In this document: positions 1-10,226 of the stretch, piece after piece
Position numbering within the stretch: the first letter of the stretch is position 1
Layout: each line of letters starts with the position of its first letter
Source: a virus
Lineage: Duplodnaviria > Heunggongvirae > Uroviricota > Caudoviricetes
DNA: 43,773 nt
IMG/VR virus record: IMGVR_UViG_2718218402_000005
Direction: 5' to 3' (one strand)
Program-made: the position numbers and the translations under genes
The notes under the pieces: model-generated
The model's input: the letters and a program-made list of their open reading frames with translations, nothing else
Databases searched by the model: none
What the model was told of the DNA's origin: nothing

Positions 1-168
1 TATCGCGTCCTCAACAATGAATTTTGTGATGCAGTGCCTGGTGCCTCCAGGTGACGTTAACCAGTTAACAATTAACGCCGGATACAGAGAATCCACCCAT
101 AACACTGTTTTTGGTTTTAACTGTTCCGCGTGCGCTCAGCCGCATTCACCGCATCACAAAATTCACTT

Positions 169-227
169 TAAAAAGGGCGGCAGAGCAGTCACGGAGTAAA
201 ACTGATACCGCCAAACGTCACCAGAAA
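169..227 (-). ncRNA. dicF: DicF-type small regulatory RNA with intrinsic terminator
   Basis: Reverse complement of 174-227 reads TTTCTGGTGACGTTTGGCGGTATCAGTTTTACTCCGTGACTGCTCTGCCGCCC followed by a T-run (169-173), matching DicF as I recall it; lies downstream of the ydfC-like gene on the same strand, as in Qin. Confidence 0.6.
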
Positions 228-567
228 ATTGATAACAGAGGGCGTTGCAGCGGGGTTGTCACTTAAGCGTATGGTCAACCTGACAACCCGGTGTCCTCAA
301 CGGGGAAGGAATAACCCCGCCATACTTACCGCCGCGCCATTTCGCGGATTGCCACAACCGGAAGCGCACGGTCGACGAAAATTTAACGACAGGCTATCTA
401 TGAACCAGCTACCTCGCCGTGCGCTTTCGCGTTATGGTCTGACTTTTCAGGGAAATATCCTTTCAGTAAACTGTCAGTGCCGGATGCTCACCCGTGTCCG
501 GCGCACGCACTCCACCTCACCCGTGGAGAACTCCTTAATTACTAACCTTAGCTTTGTTGATTAGCTA

Positions 568-786
568 CTAACGCGGGTATGTAATCATTCTGGCAATGCT
601 TAATGCCGCTGCTTTTTCCAGATTGGTGATATCCTGCTCCAGAGCGGACAGATTTTCAGCCTGCTTAGCCCTGGCTTCATTGGCCCATTTCAAATCCTGC
701 GCTGCATTAATTTTCTGGCGCATCCACTCATAAAGTTCATCATCGGTATAGTCTGGCGCGATGATGACGGGTTCTCGTTTCTGCAT
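568..786 (-). CDS. ydfC: YdfC-like small prophage protein (72 aa)
   Basis: 72-aa ORF nearly identical to the + strand ORF 38824-39042 that follows dicA-ydfA-ydfB; position and size fit Qin ydfC. Confidence 0.5.
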   Translation of the reverse strand: MQKREPVIIAPDYTDDELYEWMRQKINAAQDLKWANEARAKQAENLSALEQDITNLEKAAALSIARMITYPR

Positions 787-815
787 ACTGATTCCTCGCG
801 GTGCTGTTTCGCTTA

Positions 816-944
816 TCAGCCGTTAGATTTTGCCGAACTGGAAAGCGCCTGTTTAAATTCGTTGAAGCCGAGAGCTTCTTCGCCGTCGGCAAGACCTTCG
901 AAGTATTCTTCGTAAGCCTTTTCCATGATTGTGTCGAAATCCAT
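816..944 (-). CDS. ydfB: YdfB-like small protein (42 aa)
   Basis: Minus-strand ATG at 944 to stop at 816 encodes MDFDTIMEKAYEEYFEGLA...; paralog of 38666-38794; below the 60-aa cutoff of the ORF track; the 801-998 + strand ORF is a shadow. Confidence 0.5.
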   Translation of the reverse strand: MDFDTIMEKAYEEYFEGLADGEEALGFNEFKQALSSSAKSNG

Positions 945-945
945 A

Positions 946-1101
946 TCACTCACCTGAGTTTCTTTCCAGCCAGCGACGGGCACCATTTTCGGTTTTAAAC
1001 GTTTTGCTTTTGGTATACGTCATCGCGGTGAATGTGCCGTCCTGGTTGGGAAACACGCCGTACACCAGAGATTCGTTGTTGCCAAGACCGATAGTATCCA
1101 T
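946..1101 (-). CDS. ydfA: YdfA/YdaF-like DUF1391-type small protein (51 aa)
   Basis: Internal Met of ORF 946-1182 gives MDTIGLGNNESLVYGVFPNQDGTFTAMTYTKSKTFKTENGARRWLERNSGE; paralog 38509-38664; stop abuts ydfB-like start. Confidence 0.5.
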   Translation of the reverse strand: MDTIGLGNNESLVYGVFPNQDGTFTAMTYTKSKTFKTENGARRWLERNSGE

Positions 1102-1286
1102 GTTGACCTCATTTCCCCTTAACGCCGGGGTAGCGGAACAAAAACCTGCTGCATAGTTATTAAAGTTGAACCCTGCCGTCATGTTCTTACGCCTCGGGCT
1201 GGCTACTTAACCCCTGACCACTGCCTGGTAACTCGAAGTATTGCCCTGCGTTCTGCGGGACGGGGTGGGTTGGTATGAAAGAAAGG

Positions 1287-1325
1287 ATACCCATGGGTAT
1301 TTAAAAAGTAAATACCCATGGGTAA
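1287..1325. promoter_or_regulatory. Two copies of palindrome ATACCCATGGGTAT (putative repressor operator) between repressor gene and ydfA-like gene
   Basis: Perfect 14-bp palindrome 1287-1300 and 13/14 copy 1312-1325; related GGGTAT half-sites recur in the divergent promoter region 1801-1860. Confidence 0.45.
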
Positions 1326-1368
1326 TTTTTTTTGATGTGTCTTAACTGGTGACTGGTTGTTTGGTGAG

Positions 1369-1788
1369 TTATGATGCGTTTTGTGCTTTCTTTTTACGGA
1401 TTTCTTCGTAGATCATATTGTAATACTGTTTTTTCTCTTCAAGAGTTTTTAATAAGTTATCCGCTTCACTTTCTGGCAGTTCGTCTAAGAGATCTAAAAA
1501 AATACGTTGTCGTGGCGTTAGAACCCTTGTTTCATAACTGGAGGCTGTGTTCGTTGATGATGAAACGATACCATCCATCCATCCCCGGGGTAACCCAAAG
1601 GACTCTTCTATAATCTCCACCATATCATCAGCGATCCGTTTTTTTCCTTTTTTCCCCTCTGGGTACAACATTCTTGATACATAAGAAGGCTCGCGACCGA
1701 TCTTTCTGGCCACGTTAACCGCTTTACCATCGCATTTCTCATCACGAATTTTGATGAGTTGTTGTCGTCTAAATTCATATTTGTCCAT
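1369..1788 (-). CDS. CI/DicA-position HTH transcriptional repressor (139 aa)
   Basis: Helix-turn-helix-like stretch KAVNVARKIGREPSYVSRML; divergent from a cro-like gene; followed on the same strand by ydfA/B/C-like genes and DicF, the DicA operon layout. Confidence 0.55.
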   Translation of the reverse strand: MDKYEFRRQQLIKIRDEKCDGKAVNVARKIGREPSYVSRMLYPEGKKGKKRIADDMVEIIEESFGLPRGWMDGIVSSSTNTASSYETRVLTPRQRIFLDLLDELPESEADNLLKTLEEKKQYYNMIYEEIRKKKAQNAS

Positions 1789-1800
1789 AGGTAAATAATA

Positions 1801-1888
1801 GATGCGATTACCGCAAGGTAAACAACCTAGGGGTATTGACTTTTGTTTACCTGTGGGTATTCTTTGCTGTGTTTACTAAGGAGTAGCT
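1801..1888. promoter_or_regulatory. Divergent immunity promoter/operator region
   Basis: Intergenic between divergent repressor and cro-like genes; TTGACT 1837-1842 plus GGGTAT half-sites; SD-like AAGGAG before ATG 1889. Confidence 0.4.
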
Positions 1889-2170
1889 ATGGAAGAATTA
1901 AGAATATTTCTCAATTCTCTTTCGTCAGATGAACAGCGTATGTTTGCATGTGAGTGTGGTACTAGCATCGGTTATCTAAGAAAGGCATTGAGTAAAGGTC
2001 AAATCTTAGGGGCATCGTTATGTGTCCTTATTGAGCGAGCCAGTAATGGTGAAGTTACACGTCAGCAACTAAGGCCTTTTGATTGGATGAATATTTGGCC
2101 CGAGCTGGAAGATACCAAAACGTTAACACAACCACTTACTAGGAGCTTGATTCATGAAAATCAAGCATGA
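1889..2170 (+). CDS. Cro/YdaS-like small HTH regulator (93 aa)
   Basis: Divergent from repressor; HTH-like GTSIGYLRKALSKGQ; typical lambdoid immunity-region geometry. Confidence 0.45.
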   Translation: MEELRIFLNSLSSDEQRMFACECGTSIGYLRKALSKGQILGASLCVLIERASNGEVTRQQLRPFDWMNIWPELEDTKTLTQPLTRSLIHENQA

Positions 2171-2579
2171 ACACATCCGCATGGCGATGAATGCCTGGGC
2201 GCGTCCTGATGGCGAAAAAGTTCCAGCAGCTGGAATAACCCAGGCTTATTTTGAGTTGGGTATGACGTTTCCTGAACTGTATGACGACAGCCATCCGGAA
2301 GCCCTGGCTCGCAATACCCAGAAAATTTTCCGCTGGGTAGAGAAAGACACCCCTGATGCAGTTGAAAAAATTCAGGCGTTGTTACCAGCGATCGAAAAGG
2401 CAATGCCACCTTTGCTGGTGGCCAGAATGCGCAGCCACAGTTCAGCTTATTTTCGGGAGCTGGTGGAGACGCGGGAGCGATTGGTGAGAGACGCTGATGA
2501 TTTTGTCGCAGTGGCAATCGCCGGTTTCAATCAGATGAACCGTGGTGGCCCGGCAGGAAATGCTGTGGCAGTACATTGA
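2154..2579 (+). CDS. YdaT-like protein (CII-position, 141 aa)
   Basis: Follows the cro-like gene with overlap; weak similarity to the 173-aa ORF 37116-37637 at the equivalent position in Unit 2 (shared ALLPAIEKAM / ALVPAIMEAI). Confidence 0.4.
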   Translation: MKIKHEHIRMAMNAWARPDGEKVPAAGITQAYFELGMTFPELYDDSHPEALARNTQKIFRWVEKDTPDAVEKIQALLPAIEKAMPPLLVARMRSHSSAYFRELVETRERLVRDADDFVAVAIAGFNQMNRGGPAGNAVAVH

Positions 2580-2643
2580 CTGACAATAGCCATATCGAAT
2601 CGCTTCCGGCAACTCGTGAGTAAAAAGATTCGGTATGAAGTGG

Positions 2644-3812
<1,169 letters not shown>

Positions 3813-3903
3813 TGGAGCACCTGTGTTGTTCTGAGGTGAGCATATCACCTCTGTTCAGGTGGCCAAATTCAGTGTGCCACTTCAAGTATCAGAAGAGGTG
3901 AGT

Positions 3904-4974
3904 ATGGCTAACGCTTGGCTCAGATTATGGCATGACATGCCAAATGACCCTAAGTGGCGAACAATTGCCAGGGTGTCAGGGCAGCCAATTGCAACAGTGA
4001 TGGCAGTGTATATCCACCTCCTGGTGAGCGCGTCACGAAATGTCACGCGAGGTCACATTGATGTCACGACAGAAGATTTGGCAAGTGCGCTCGACGTGAC
4101 AGAAGAGGTAATTGATTCAATTTTGCAGACGATGCAGGGGCGGGTACTTGATGGTGATTTAATCACTGGATGGGAAAAACGCCAGGTGCTTAAAGAGGAC
4201 AACGGCAATATTTCGCAAACCGCAAAATCTCCTGCAGAGCGCAAGAGGGCGCAGCGAGAGAGGGAAAGAAAGCGGGAACAAAATGGCGATTGTCACGGCG
4301 CGTCACGAAATGTCACGCACATGTCACGACGAGTAACGACAGATAAAGATACAGATAAAGATACAGATCAAGAAGATCAAAACACTATGGTCCATGGCGT
4401 AAAAAACGCCACGAACCAGGCAGGGGATGTTCAGACCGTCAATCTTGGTCAGCCAGCAGGCACGACACCGGAAGCCGATTCAGCGTATGCGCTGAAAGCC
4501 GATTCGGGCGCTGTGCAGCAGGTGATGACCGCAAGGCCGGAGCAATCACACCAACTGCAGCAGCCTGAAGCCGATTCCGCCATTCTGCGGGAAGCCGATC
4601 GGGTAGTCCCGGAAAACACCGGGCAGTCTGTGGGACGAGTGGATTATCCGGATGTGTTCGAACAGGTCTGGCGGGAGTACCCGTTGCGTGCCGGAGCAAA
4701 CCCGAAGAAATCCGCTTTCAGTGCCTGGAAGGCCAGATTACGCGAGGGGGTGCCACCAGAGGCCATGCTGGATGGCGTGAGGCGTTACGCAAGATACCTA
4801 GCGGTTACCGGGAAAACGGGAACGGAATTTGTTCAGCGAGCGACGACGTTTTTTGGACCGGACCGGAATTTTGAAAACCCCTGGTTGCTCCCGGTAAACG
4901 GCACGAACAACCAGCGTTGTGTGAATCATATTTCTGAACCGGATACCGAAATTCCGCCGGGCTTCAGGGGGTAA
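3904..4974 (+). CDS. Phage replication initiation protein (O-like replisome organizer) with internal iterons
   Basis: ATG 3904 preceded by GAGGTGAG; N-terminus MANAWLRLWHDMPNDPKWRTIARVSG; GTCACG direct repeats inside the gene; C-terminal 20 aa identical to the Unit 2 rep protein. Confidence 0.6.
   Translation: MANAWLRLWHDMPNDPKWRTIARVSGQPIATVMAVYIHLLVSASRNVTRGHIDVTTEDLASALDVTEEVIDSILQTMQGRVLDGDLITGWEKRQVLKEDNGNISQTAKSPAERKRAQRERERKREQNGDCHGASRNVTHMSRRVTTDKDTDKDTDQEDQNTMVHGVKNATNQAGDVQTVNLGQPAGTTPEADSAYALKADSGAVQQVMTARPEQSHQLQQPEADSAILREADRVVPENTGQSVGRVDYPDVFEQVWREYPLRAGANPKKSAFSAWKARLREGVPPEAMLDGVRRYARYLAVTGKTGTEFVQRATTFFGPDRNFENPWLLPVNGTNNQRCVNHISEPDTEIPPGFRG
4030..4333 (+). repeat. Putative origin iterons: two clusters of TGTCACG direct repeats inside the rep gene
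   Basis: 4030-4071 and 4291-4333 each carry four GTCAC(G/A) repeats, sharing GCGTCACGAAATGTCACGC; followed by GATAAAGATACA tandem at 4343-4366. Confidence 0.55.
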
Positions 4975-5014
4975 GTGTTTATTTCAGGTCATGAGGTAAT
5001 TTTCAGGAGGACTT

Positions 5015-5437
5015 GTGGCAAAAGTATTTACACAAGAAGAGCGAGAAAAAATTAAAGGGCAGGTTGTTGAACTCGTACGCCAGAGTGGGCGTGAGACGTT
5101 ACGGCAACTGGAAGTCAAGACAGGTGCGACAAGATATCTGATGAGCGTTCTCGCAAGAGAGCTGGTTGCCAGCGGCGATGTATACAACTCTGGTTACGGG
5201 TTGTTCCCGTCTGAACAGGCGCGTAAGGACTGGCAAAACGCCCGCAAAAAACTCTCAAGGGCAAATCTGAAGAAACCATCTGTGGTTGATCCTGACCTTA
5301 TCTGGTCATTACCAGACGGAGAAATACGCCGCTACGACAGGCGTCAAAACATAATCTGTAGCGAGTGCCGGAAGAGCGAAGCTATGCAGCGTGTACTGGC
5401 TTTCTATCAGGGTAATTTTCAGAAGGTGCTGTTGTGA
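5015..5437 (+). CDS. Hypothetical protein co-inherited with rep (possible replication partner, 140 aa)
   Basis: Near-identical paralog at 35683-36105 (-) in the same position after the Unit 2 rep gene; no Walker motif seen. Confidence 0.4.
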   Translation: MAKVFTQEEREKIKGQVVELVRQSGRETLRQLEVKTGATRYLMSVLARELVASGDVYNSGYGLFPSEQARKDWQNARKKLSRANLKKPSVVDPDLIWSLPDGEIRRYDRRQNIICSECRKSEAMQRVLAFYQGNFQKVLL

Positions 5438-5786
5438 GCCAAATTAACAATCGGAACTTCGTGAAGAGAAAGCATAATCCAAATCTGAATAATTAAGTTC
5501 AGCACTGTAAATAAAATTTAATCCTTAACTGGAGGTATATCTATGTCAAATACACAGAAAATTATTAACACTGAAAAATATAACGAGTGGGTGAAAAATT
5601 CTCTGAGCAGATTTTTAAAATTACTGGCGACGAGAATGTGGCAAAAAATGAATTAGAACCGTGGACACCTGAAGGAAACGCACCAAATTATTGCTGGTGG
5701 GAGGTTGATCCGGTTGATGCTGCAAATGAAGCCATGAGTTACCACAACGATTAATGTCGGGAGGCCGCCCGAAAGGGCGGTAAGAA

Positions 5787-6005
5787 ATGACTACATTATT
5801 CAGAAAAGAATATCCGCAAAAAAGTAGGGCGACAGAATTTTTGTTTCTCATTCTGTTTATCGTATTGATGATACCGATATCCCCTCTAATTTTTGTCTGG
5901 GCAATCGGGAAAATAATTGAGCCAGTTACTGAATTGTATACCGACGTTGTATGGGCGTCGTTCAACACACTGCACAATAAAATTAATCCGTATAAGGAAA
6001 ACTGA
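5787..6005 (+). CDS. Small membrane protein (72 aa)
   Basis: Hydrophobic stretch FLFLILFIVLMIPISPLIFVWAIG; nin-like variable region. Confidence 0.3.
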   Translation: MTTLFRKEYPQKSRATEFLFLILFIVLMIPISPLIFVWAIGKIIEPVTELYTDVVWASFNTLHNKINPYKEN

Positions 6006-6006
6006 T

Positions 6007-6270
6007 ATGGCAACTTTGACAAAAAAAGAACGGGCATGGTTGAACGAATTACAGGAAGTTCTTGATCGCTGTCCATCACCGAAAAAAATTGGCTTTTACA
6101 CCATTGGCGATAAAAGCATTTACCTGTATGACCTACGCCGCATGGATGAAATCATGGAGGCTCTTGATAATCGTTCGTCGATGGATTGGTGTGTTGCTGT
6201 TCATGATATGAATGCAGGGTTTGATGAAAAGATTTTGTTCCCCTCATCAGTTGAAAGCACTGCGGGTTAA
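6007..6270 (+). CDS. Hypothetical protein (87 aa)
   Basis: Internal Met of ORF 5917-6270 (MATLTKKERAWLNEL...) preceded by AGGA. Confidence 0.35.
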   Translation: MATLTKKERAWLNELQEVLDRCPSPKKIGFYTIGDKSIYLYDLRRMDEIMEALDNRSSMDWCVAVHDMNAGFDEKILFPSSVESTAG

Positions 6271-6280
6271 GGAGTAACAC

Positions 6281-6934
6281 ATGACCACTATTACCAAAGA
6301 ACGTATTGAATTGTTCATTAAAAATCCGCTTGAAAACGGGCTTACCCGTGGTGAACAAATGGAACTGGCACGGATTGCGCTGGCATCGCTGGAAGCAGAG
6401 CCGGTGGCAAAGATTATAGCTCATTACCCATTAGGAGTTGACGTAGGCAAACAAAAGTTCGTACAGGCCATTGGAGAGCTTCCTGACTTTGGCGGATATC
6501 TATTTGCCGCCCCTCCAGCGCCGATAGTGCCGGAAGAAATGTATTGGCAGGATGCGCCAGTTGAAGGCAGCAGCAAAGCGGCTGCATACGCTACAGGCTG
6601 GAACGATTGCCGCGAAGCCATGCTTCAGTCCGGAAACTTTCGGGAAAATAAAGATTCGTCAACCAATAATTTTCGGAAAATCCCGGAAGCGTCAACCAGC
6701 TCTCCGGTAACTCCGGCTCTTCTGCCTGGTGGTTTCACCATTGAGGATGCGAAGGATTTACATGAAGACCTGGTGCGCAGCCACATAAGCCAGGCTTTAA
6801 GTAGCGAAAAGATGAAAAAGAAAGATCGCGATGCTGATTTGCGTTGGATCCATGGCGTTATAGTTCAGGCAGCGTGGTTTGTGAAAGCATCACTGGAAGC
6901 GTTGCCTGAACTGTCGCAGGAGGTGAATCAATGA
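6281..6934 (+). CDS. Hypothetical protein (217 aa)
   Basis: Long ORF with SD-like AAGGAG upstream; no family recognised. Confidence 0.4.
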   Translation: MTTITKERIELFIKNPLENGLTRGEQMELARIALASLEAEPVAKIIAHYPLGVDVGKQKFVQAIGELPDFGGYLFAAPPAPIVPEEMYWQDAPVEGSSKAAAYATGWNDCREAMLQSGNFRENKDSSTNNFRKIPEASTSSPVTPALLPGGFTIEDAKDLHEDLVRSHISQALSSEKMKKKDRDADLRWIHGVIVQAAWFVKASLEALPELSQEVNQ

Positions 6935-7225
6935 CCTGGCCTGAGGCATTCACAACGGTAGGAATTGCGATGGCGGTGACGCTGGTGGTGTATTCGATTT
7001 GCCGCTGGGGATAAAAACGGTTTGCGGGAAAAGGAGAGTTAAGTAGAATTGCTGCGGGTGCTTGAGGCTATCTGTCTCAGGCATGAACACCAAAAGGCAG
7101 ATAGAGAAAAGCCCCAGTTAACATTACGCGTCCGGCAAGACGCTTAACATTAATCTGAGGCCATATCTATGCTCTACACACGTAGGTTAGCCTCTTACGT
7201 GCCGAAAGGCAAGGAGAAGCAGGCT

Positions 7226-7381
7226 ATGAAGCAGCAAAAGGCGATGCTTATCGCCCTGATCGTCATCTGTTTAACCGTCATTGTGACGGCACTGGTAACG
7301 AGGAAAGACCTCTGCGAGGTACGACTCCGAACCGGCCAGACGGAGGTCGCTGTCTTCACAGCTTACGAACCTGAGGAGTAA
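7226..7381 (+). CDS. hok: Hok/Gef-family type I toxin (51 aa)
   Basis: MKQQKAMLIALIVICLTVIVTALVTRKDLCEVRLRTGQTEVAVFTAYEPEE; the 70-aa ORF 7169-7381 is an in-frame upstream extension. Confidence 0.85.
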   Translation: MKQQKAMLIALIVICLTVIVTALVTRKDLCEVRLRTGQTEVAVFTAYEPEE

Positions 7382-7450
7382 GAGACCAGGCGAGGGAGAA
7401 ATCCCTCGCCACCTCTGATGAGTCAGGCATCCTCAACGCACCCGCACTTA

Positions 7451-7477
7451 ACCCGCTTCGGCGGGTTTTGTTTTTTC
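7451..7477 (+). terminator. Intrinsic terminator after hok
   Basis: ACCCGC-TTCG-GCGGGT hairpin followed by a T-rich run. Confidence 0.5.
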
Positions 7478-7548
7478 CTGGCATTCTGGTTTACAATTCG
7501 CACGTCAGCCTGAACACCTGACACCTGCTGCGCCAGCAGAGAAAACAG

Positions 7549-7821
7549 ATGGCGCACAAAACCAAATTTCACAATTCTGATACCGACCTTGCCATCCGGC
7601 ATGGGCGGCGTTCACACGCATTTAAAACCGACTGGTACCAACACCCACCATGTACTGAAGAACAGGCCGAATGGCTAATTCATAACTACCGCAGACGCGG
7701 ATACGAGATTAAGAAAGCCCTCAGCCTCGATTATCGTCACTGGATAATCTATGTCAGGCTCCCTTATTCCGAACGCCCACCGCGCCCATCCCGCACATAC
7801 CAGCAACGGATCTGGAGGTAA
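7549..7821 (+). CDS. Hypothetical small protein (90 aa)
   Basis: Paralog at 31131-31409 (-) in the same position upstream of the ydfU-like gene. Confidence 0.35.
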   Translation: MAHKTKFHNSDTDLAIRHGRRSHAFKTDWYQHPPCTEEQAEWLIHNYRRRGYEIKKALSLDYRHWIIYVRLPYSERPPRPSRTYQQRIWR

Positions 7822-8872
7822 CGTGCGGATATTACTTCGACCTGTTCTGGTACCGGAACTCGGGCTTGTGGTCCTTAGGCCGGGCTGTGAATCCATGCAA
7901 GTATTTCATAACCCTCGAGTGCTGGTGGAGCCTGAACCGAAAAGCATGCGCGGTCTGCCGTCCGGAGTCGTCCCTGCCGTTCGCCAGCCGCTGGCGGAGG
8001 ATAAATCATTACTGCCATTTTTCAGCGATGAGCGTGTGATTCGTGCTGCTGGCGGCGCTGGCGCACTGTCTGACTGGCTCCTGCGTCATGTTAAATCCTG
8101 CCAGTGGCCTCATGGAGACTATCACCACAGTGAAACCGTCATACATCGTTACGGTACCGGCGCAATGGTGTTGTGCTGGCACTGCGACAACCAGCTGCGC
8201 GACCAGACATCCGAATCACTCGGGCAGCTTGCTCAACAAAATCTGACAGCCTGGATGATTGACGTCATACGTCACGCAATAAGTGGTGCACAGGAACGGG
8301 AATTATCGCTGGCTGAATTATCCTGGTGGGCGCTCTGCAATCAGGTAGCGGACGCACTACCGGAGGCAGTATTACATCGTTCTCTGGGGTTACGCGCGGA
8401 AAAAATCCACTCAGTATACCGCGAGAGTGACATCATACCGGGAGAACAGACAGCCATCAGCATACTGAAGCAGCGCACAAAAAATTTTGCGCCGTTGCCT
8501 CACGCCCACCAGCAACAGAACCCACCACAGGAAAAGACGGTGGTCAGCATTGCCGTTGATCCGGAGTCACCGGAATCATTCATGAAGCGGCCTAAACGTC
8601 GCCGCTGGGTGAATGAGAAATACACGCGCTGGGTAAAGACACAGCCGTGTACATGTTGTGGTAAGCCAGCAGACGATCCCCATCACCTGATTGGTCACGG
8701 TCAGGGCGGAATGGGGACAAAATCTCACGATATTTTCACGCTACCGCTGTGTCGGGAGCATCACAACGAGCTTCATGCGGATCCGCTGGCGTTCGAAGAA
8801 AAGCATGGTTCTCAGGTTGATTTAATTTTTCGTTTTCTTGATCACGCCTTTGCAACTGGCGTGCTTGGGTAA
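7822..8872 (+). CDS. DUF968-type prophage protein with C-terminal HNH-like Cys/His motifs (YdfU-like)
   Basis: Aligns with the 349-aa paralog 30080-31129; likely GTG start at 7822 after GGAGG; C-terminus CTCCG...HHLIGHG...CREHHNELH. Confidence 0.55.
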
Positions 8873-8884
8873 AAGAGGTGACTG

Positions 8885-9244
8885 ATGCTCATAGATTTGG
8901 TTTTACCTTACCCGCCGACGGTGAACACTTACTGGCGACGCCGTGGCAGCACATATTTTATCTCGGAGGAGGGAAAGCGTTATCGCCGGGCTGTGGCGCT
9001 TATTGTTCGCCAGCAGCGGCTGAAATTAAGCCTGTCCGGAACGCTGGCGATAAAGGTGATTGCAGAGCCACCGGATAAGCGTCGTCGCGACCTGGACAAC
9101 ATTCTGAAAGCACCGCTGGATGCGCTGACGCATGCGGGAGTGCTCATTGATGACGAGCAGTTTGATGAAATCAATATTGTACGTGGTCAGCCAGTATCTG
9201 GTGGACGGCTGGGTGTGAAGATTTACAAAATTGAGAGTGAGTGA
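8885..9244 (+). CDS. rusA: RusA-family Holliday junction resolvase (119 aa)
   Basis: MLIDLVLPYPPTVNTYWRRRG...DLDNILKAPLDALTHAGVLIDDEQ; paralog 29708-30067. Confidence 0.8.
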   Translation: MLIDLVLPYPPTVNTYWRRRGSTYFISEEGKRYRRAVALIVRQQRLKLSLSGTLAIKVIAEPPDKRRRDLDNILKAPLDALTHAGVLIDDEQFDEINIVRGQPVSGGRLGVKIYKIESE

Positions 9245-9804
9245 GCGTAAATATGATATATCCGGAAATTACAGGCAAAAGCGGCGAACATTTACGCCTG
9301 AACACGCTGGAAGCAGTCTGGATCCAGGGGAAATTACGGATGTGGGGGCGGTGGTCGTATATCGGTGGGGGTAAATCCGGAAATATGTTTAACCGGTTAC
9401 TGGTTTCGAAAAAGCTGACGAAAACAGCAGTTAATGAGGTTTTACGCAGAATGAAGAAATCCGGGCTGGAAAAACCGGAACTTGAGGCATTTTTTCGGGA
9501 TATGACAAGAGGAAAGCAGAAGAGCTGGTTGTCACATTGTACAGACACAGAGGCGTTGATTATTGATCGCGTTATCAGTGAGGTGCTTGGGGAATATCCC
9601 GGGCTAATCAATGTTCTCCGGCAAAGGTACGAAGGACGGGGAATGAGCAAACTGAACATGGCCGAAAGGTTAAATGCAGATCATCCTGATTGGTCGTTGG
9701 TTACGTGCAGACGCCGAATTGATCAATGGTTGGGGGTATCTGAATTTATGTTATATGCCCCCATGCGCATGGCTTTTGTTACAGAGAAAAATGTTGCAAA
9801 CTGA
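9241..9804 (+). CDS. Putative late-gene antiterminator (Q-position protein, 187 aa)
   Basis: Immediately downstream of rusA and followed within about 80 nt by an intrinsic terminator; alternative ATG at 9253; family not recognised. Confidence 0.35.
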   Translation: MSVNMIYPEITGKSGEHLRLNTLEAVWIQGKLRMWGRWSYIGGGKSGNMFNRLLVSKKLTKTAVNEVLRRMKKSGLEKPELEAFFRDMTRGKQKSWLSHCTDTEALIIDRVISEVLGEYPGLINVLRQRYEGRGMSKLNMAERLNADHPDWSLVTCRRRIDQWLGVSEFMLYAPMRMAFVTEKNVAN

Positions 9805-9883
9805 TCAATAAACTGCTTCAATCCGTATAAGCTTCGCAAAGCTGTATCGCGAGGCGAAACGCAAGTTTTTTTCGCACAAGGAA

Positions 9884-9906
9884 GCCACCGGAAGGTGGTT
9901 TTTTTG
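9884..9906 (+). terminator. Intrinsic terminator downstream of Q-position gene (tR'-like)
   Basis: CCACC-GGAA-GGTGG hairpin followed by TTTTTTT. Confidence 0.55.
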
Positions 9907-10028
9907 TGTCCGCGATATACAGTAGCGCAATAAATTCGCTGGTGGTTATTAATACCGTTCTTTCAGCTTGCTGGCTTTTTCGACAAGAGTTATTGGTGTG
10001 TCACGTTAACCGGAAAAGGGAAAAAGAC

Positions 10029-10226
10029 ATGCTAAAACAGCAGGATATGACAGAAACCGCCAGAGTGGTGTTTAATGAATTAAGCGTTACCGAACCGGCG
10101 ACAGTCGGGGAGATAGCGCAGAATACTTACCTTTCACGCGAACGCTGCCAGTTAATACTGACCCAGCTGGTTATGGCGGGTCTGGCAGACTATCAGTTCG
10201 GTTGTTACAGACGCCTTCCGCAGTGA
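10029..10226 (+). CDS. Hypothetical small protein (65 aa)
   Basis: Internal Met of ORF 9906-10226 (MLKQQDMTETARV...). Confidence 0.3.
   Translation: MLKQQDMTETARVVFNELSVTEPATVGEIAQNTYLSRERCQLILTQLVMAGLADYQFGCYRRLPQ

Noticed and set aside
229-564. 111-aa + strand ORF at the left end
   Set aside because: Lies in the region downstream of the ydfC-like gene on the strand opposite the DicF operon; no ribosome-binding site or protein-like composition; likely a chance frame
801-998. 65-aa + strand ORF (and the 69-aa ORF 740-949 on the minus strand)
   Set aside because: Alternative-frame shadows of the ydfB-like and ydfA-like genes; the conserved 42-aa and 51-aa frames are the supported ones
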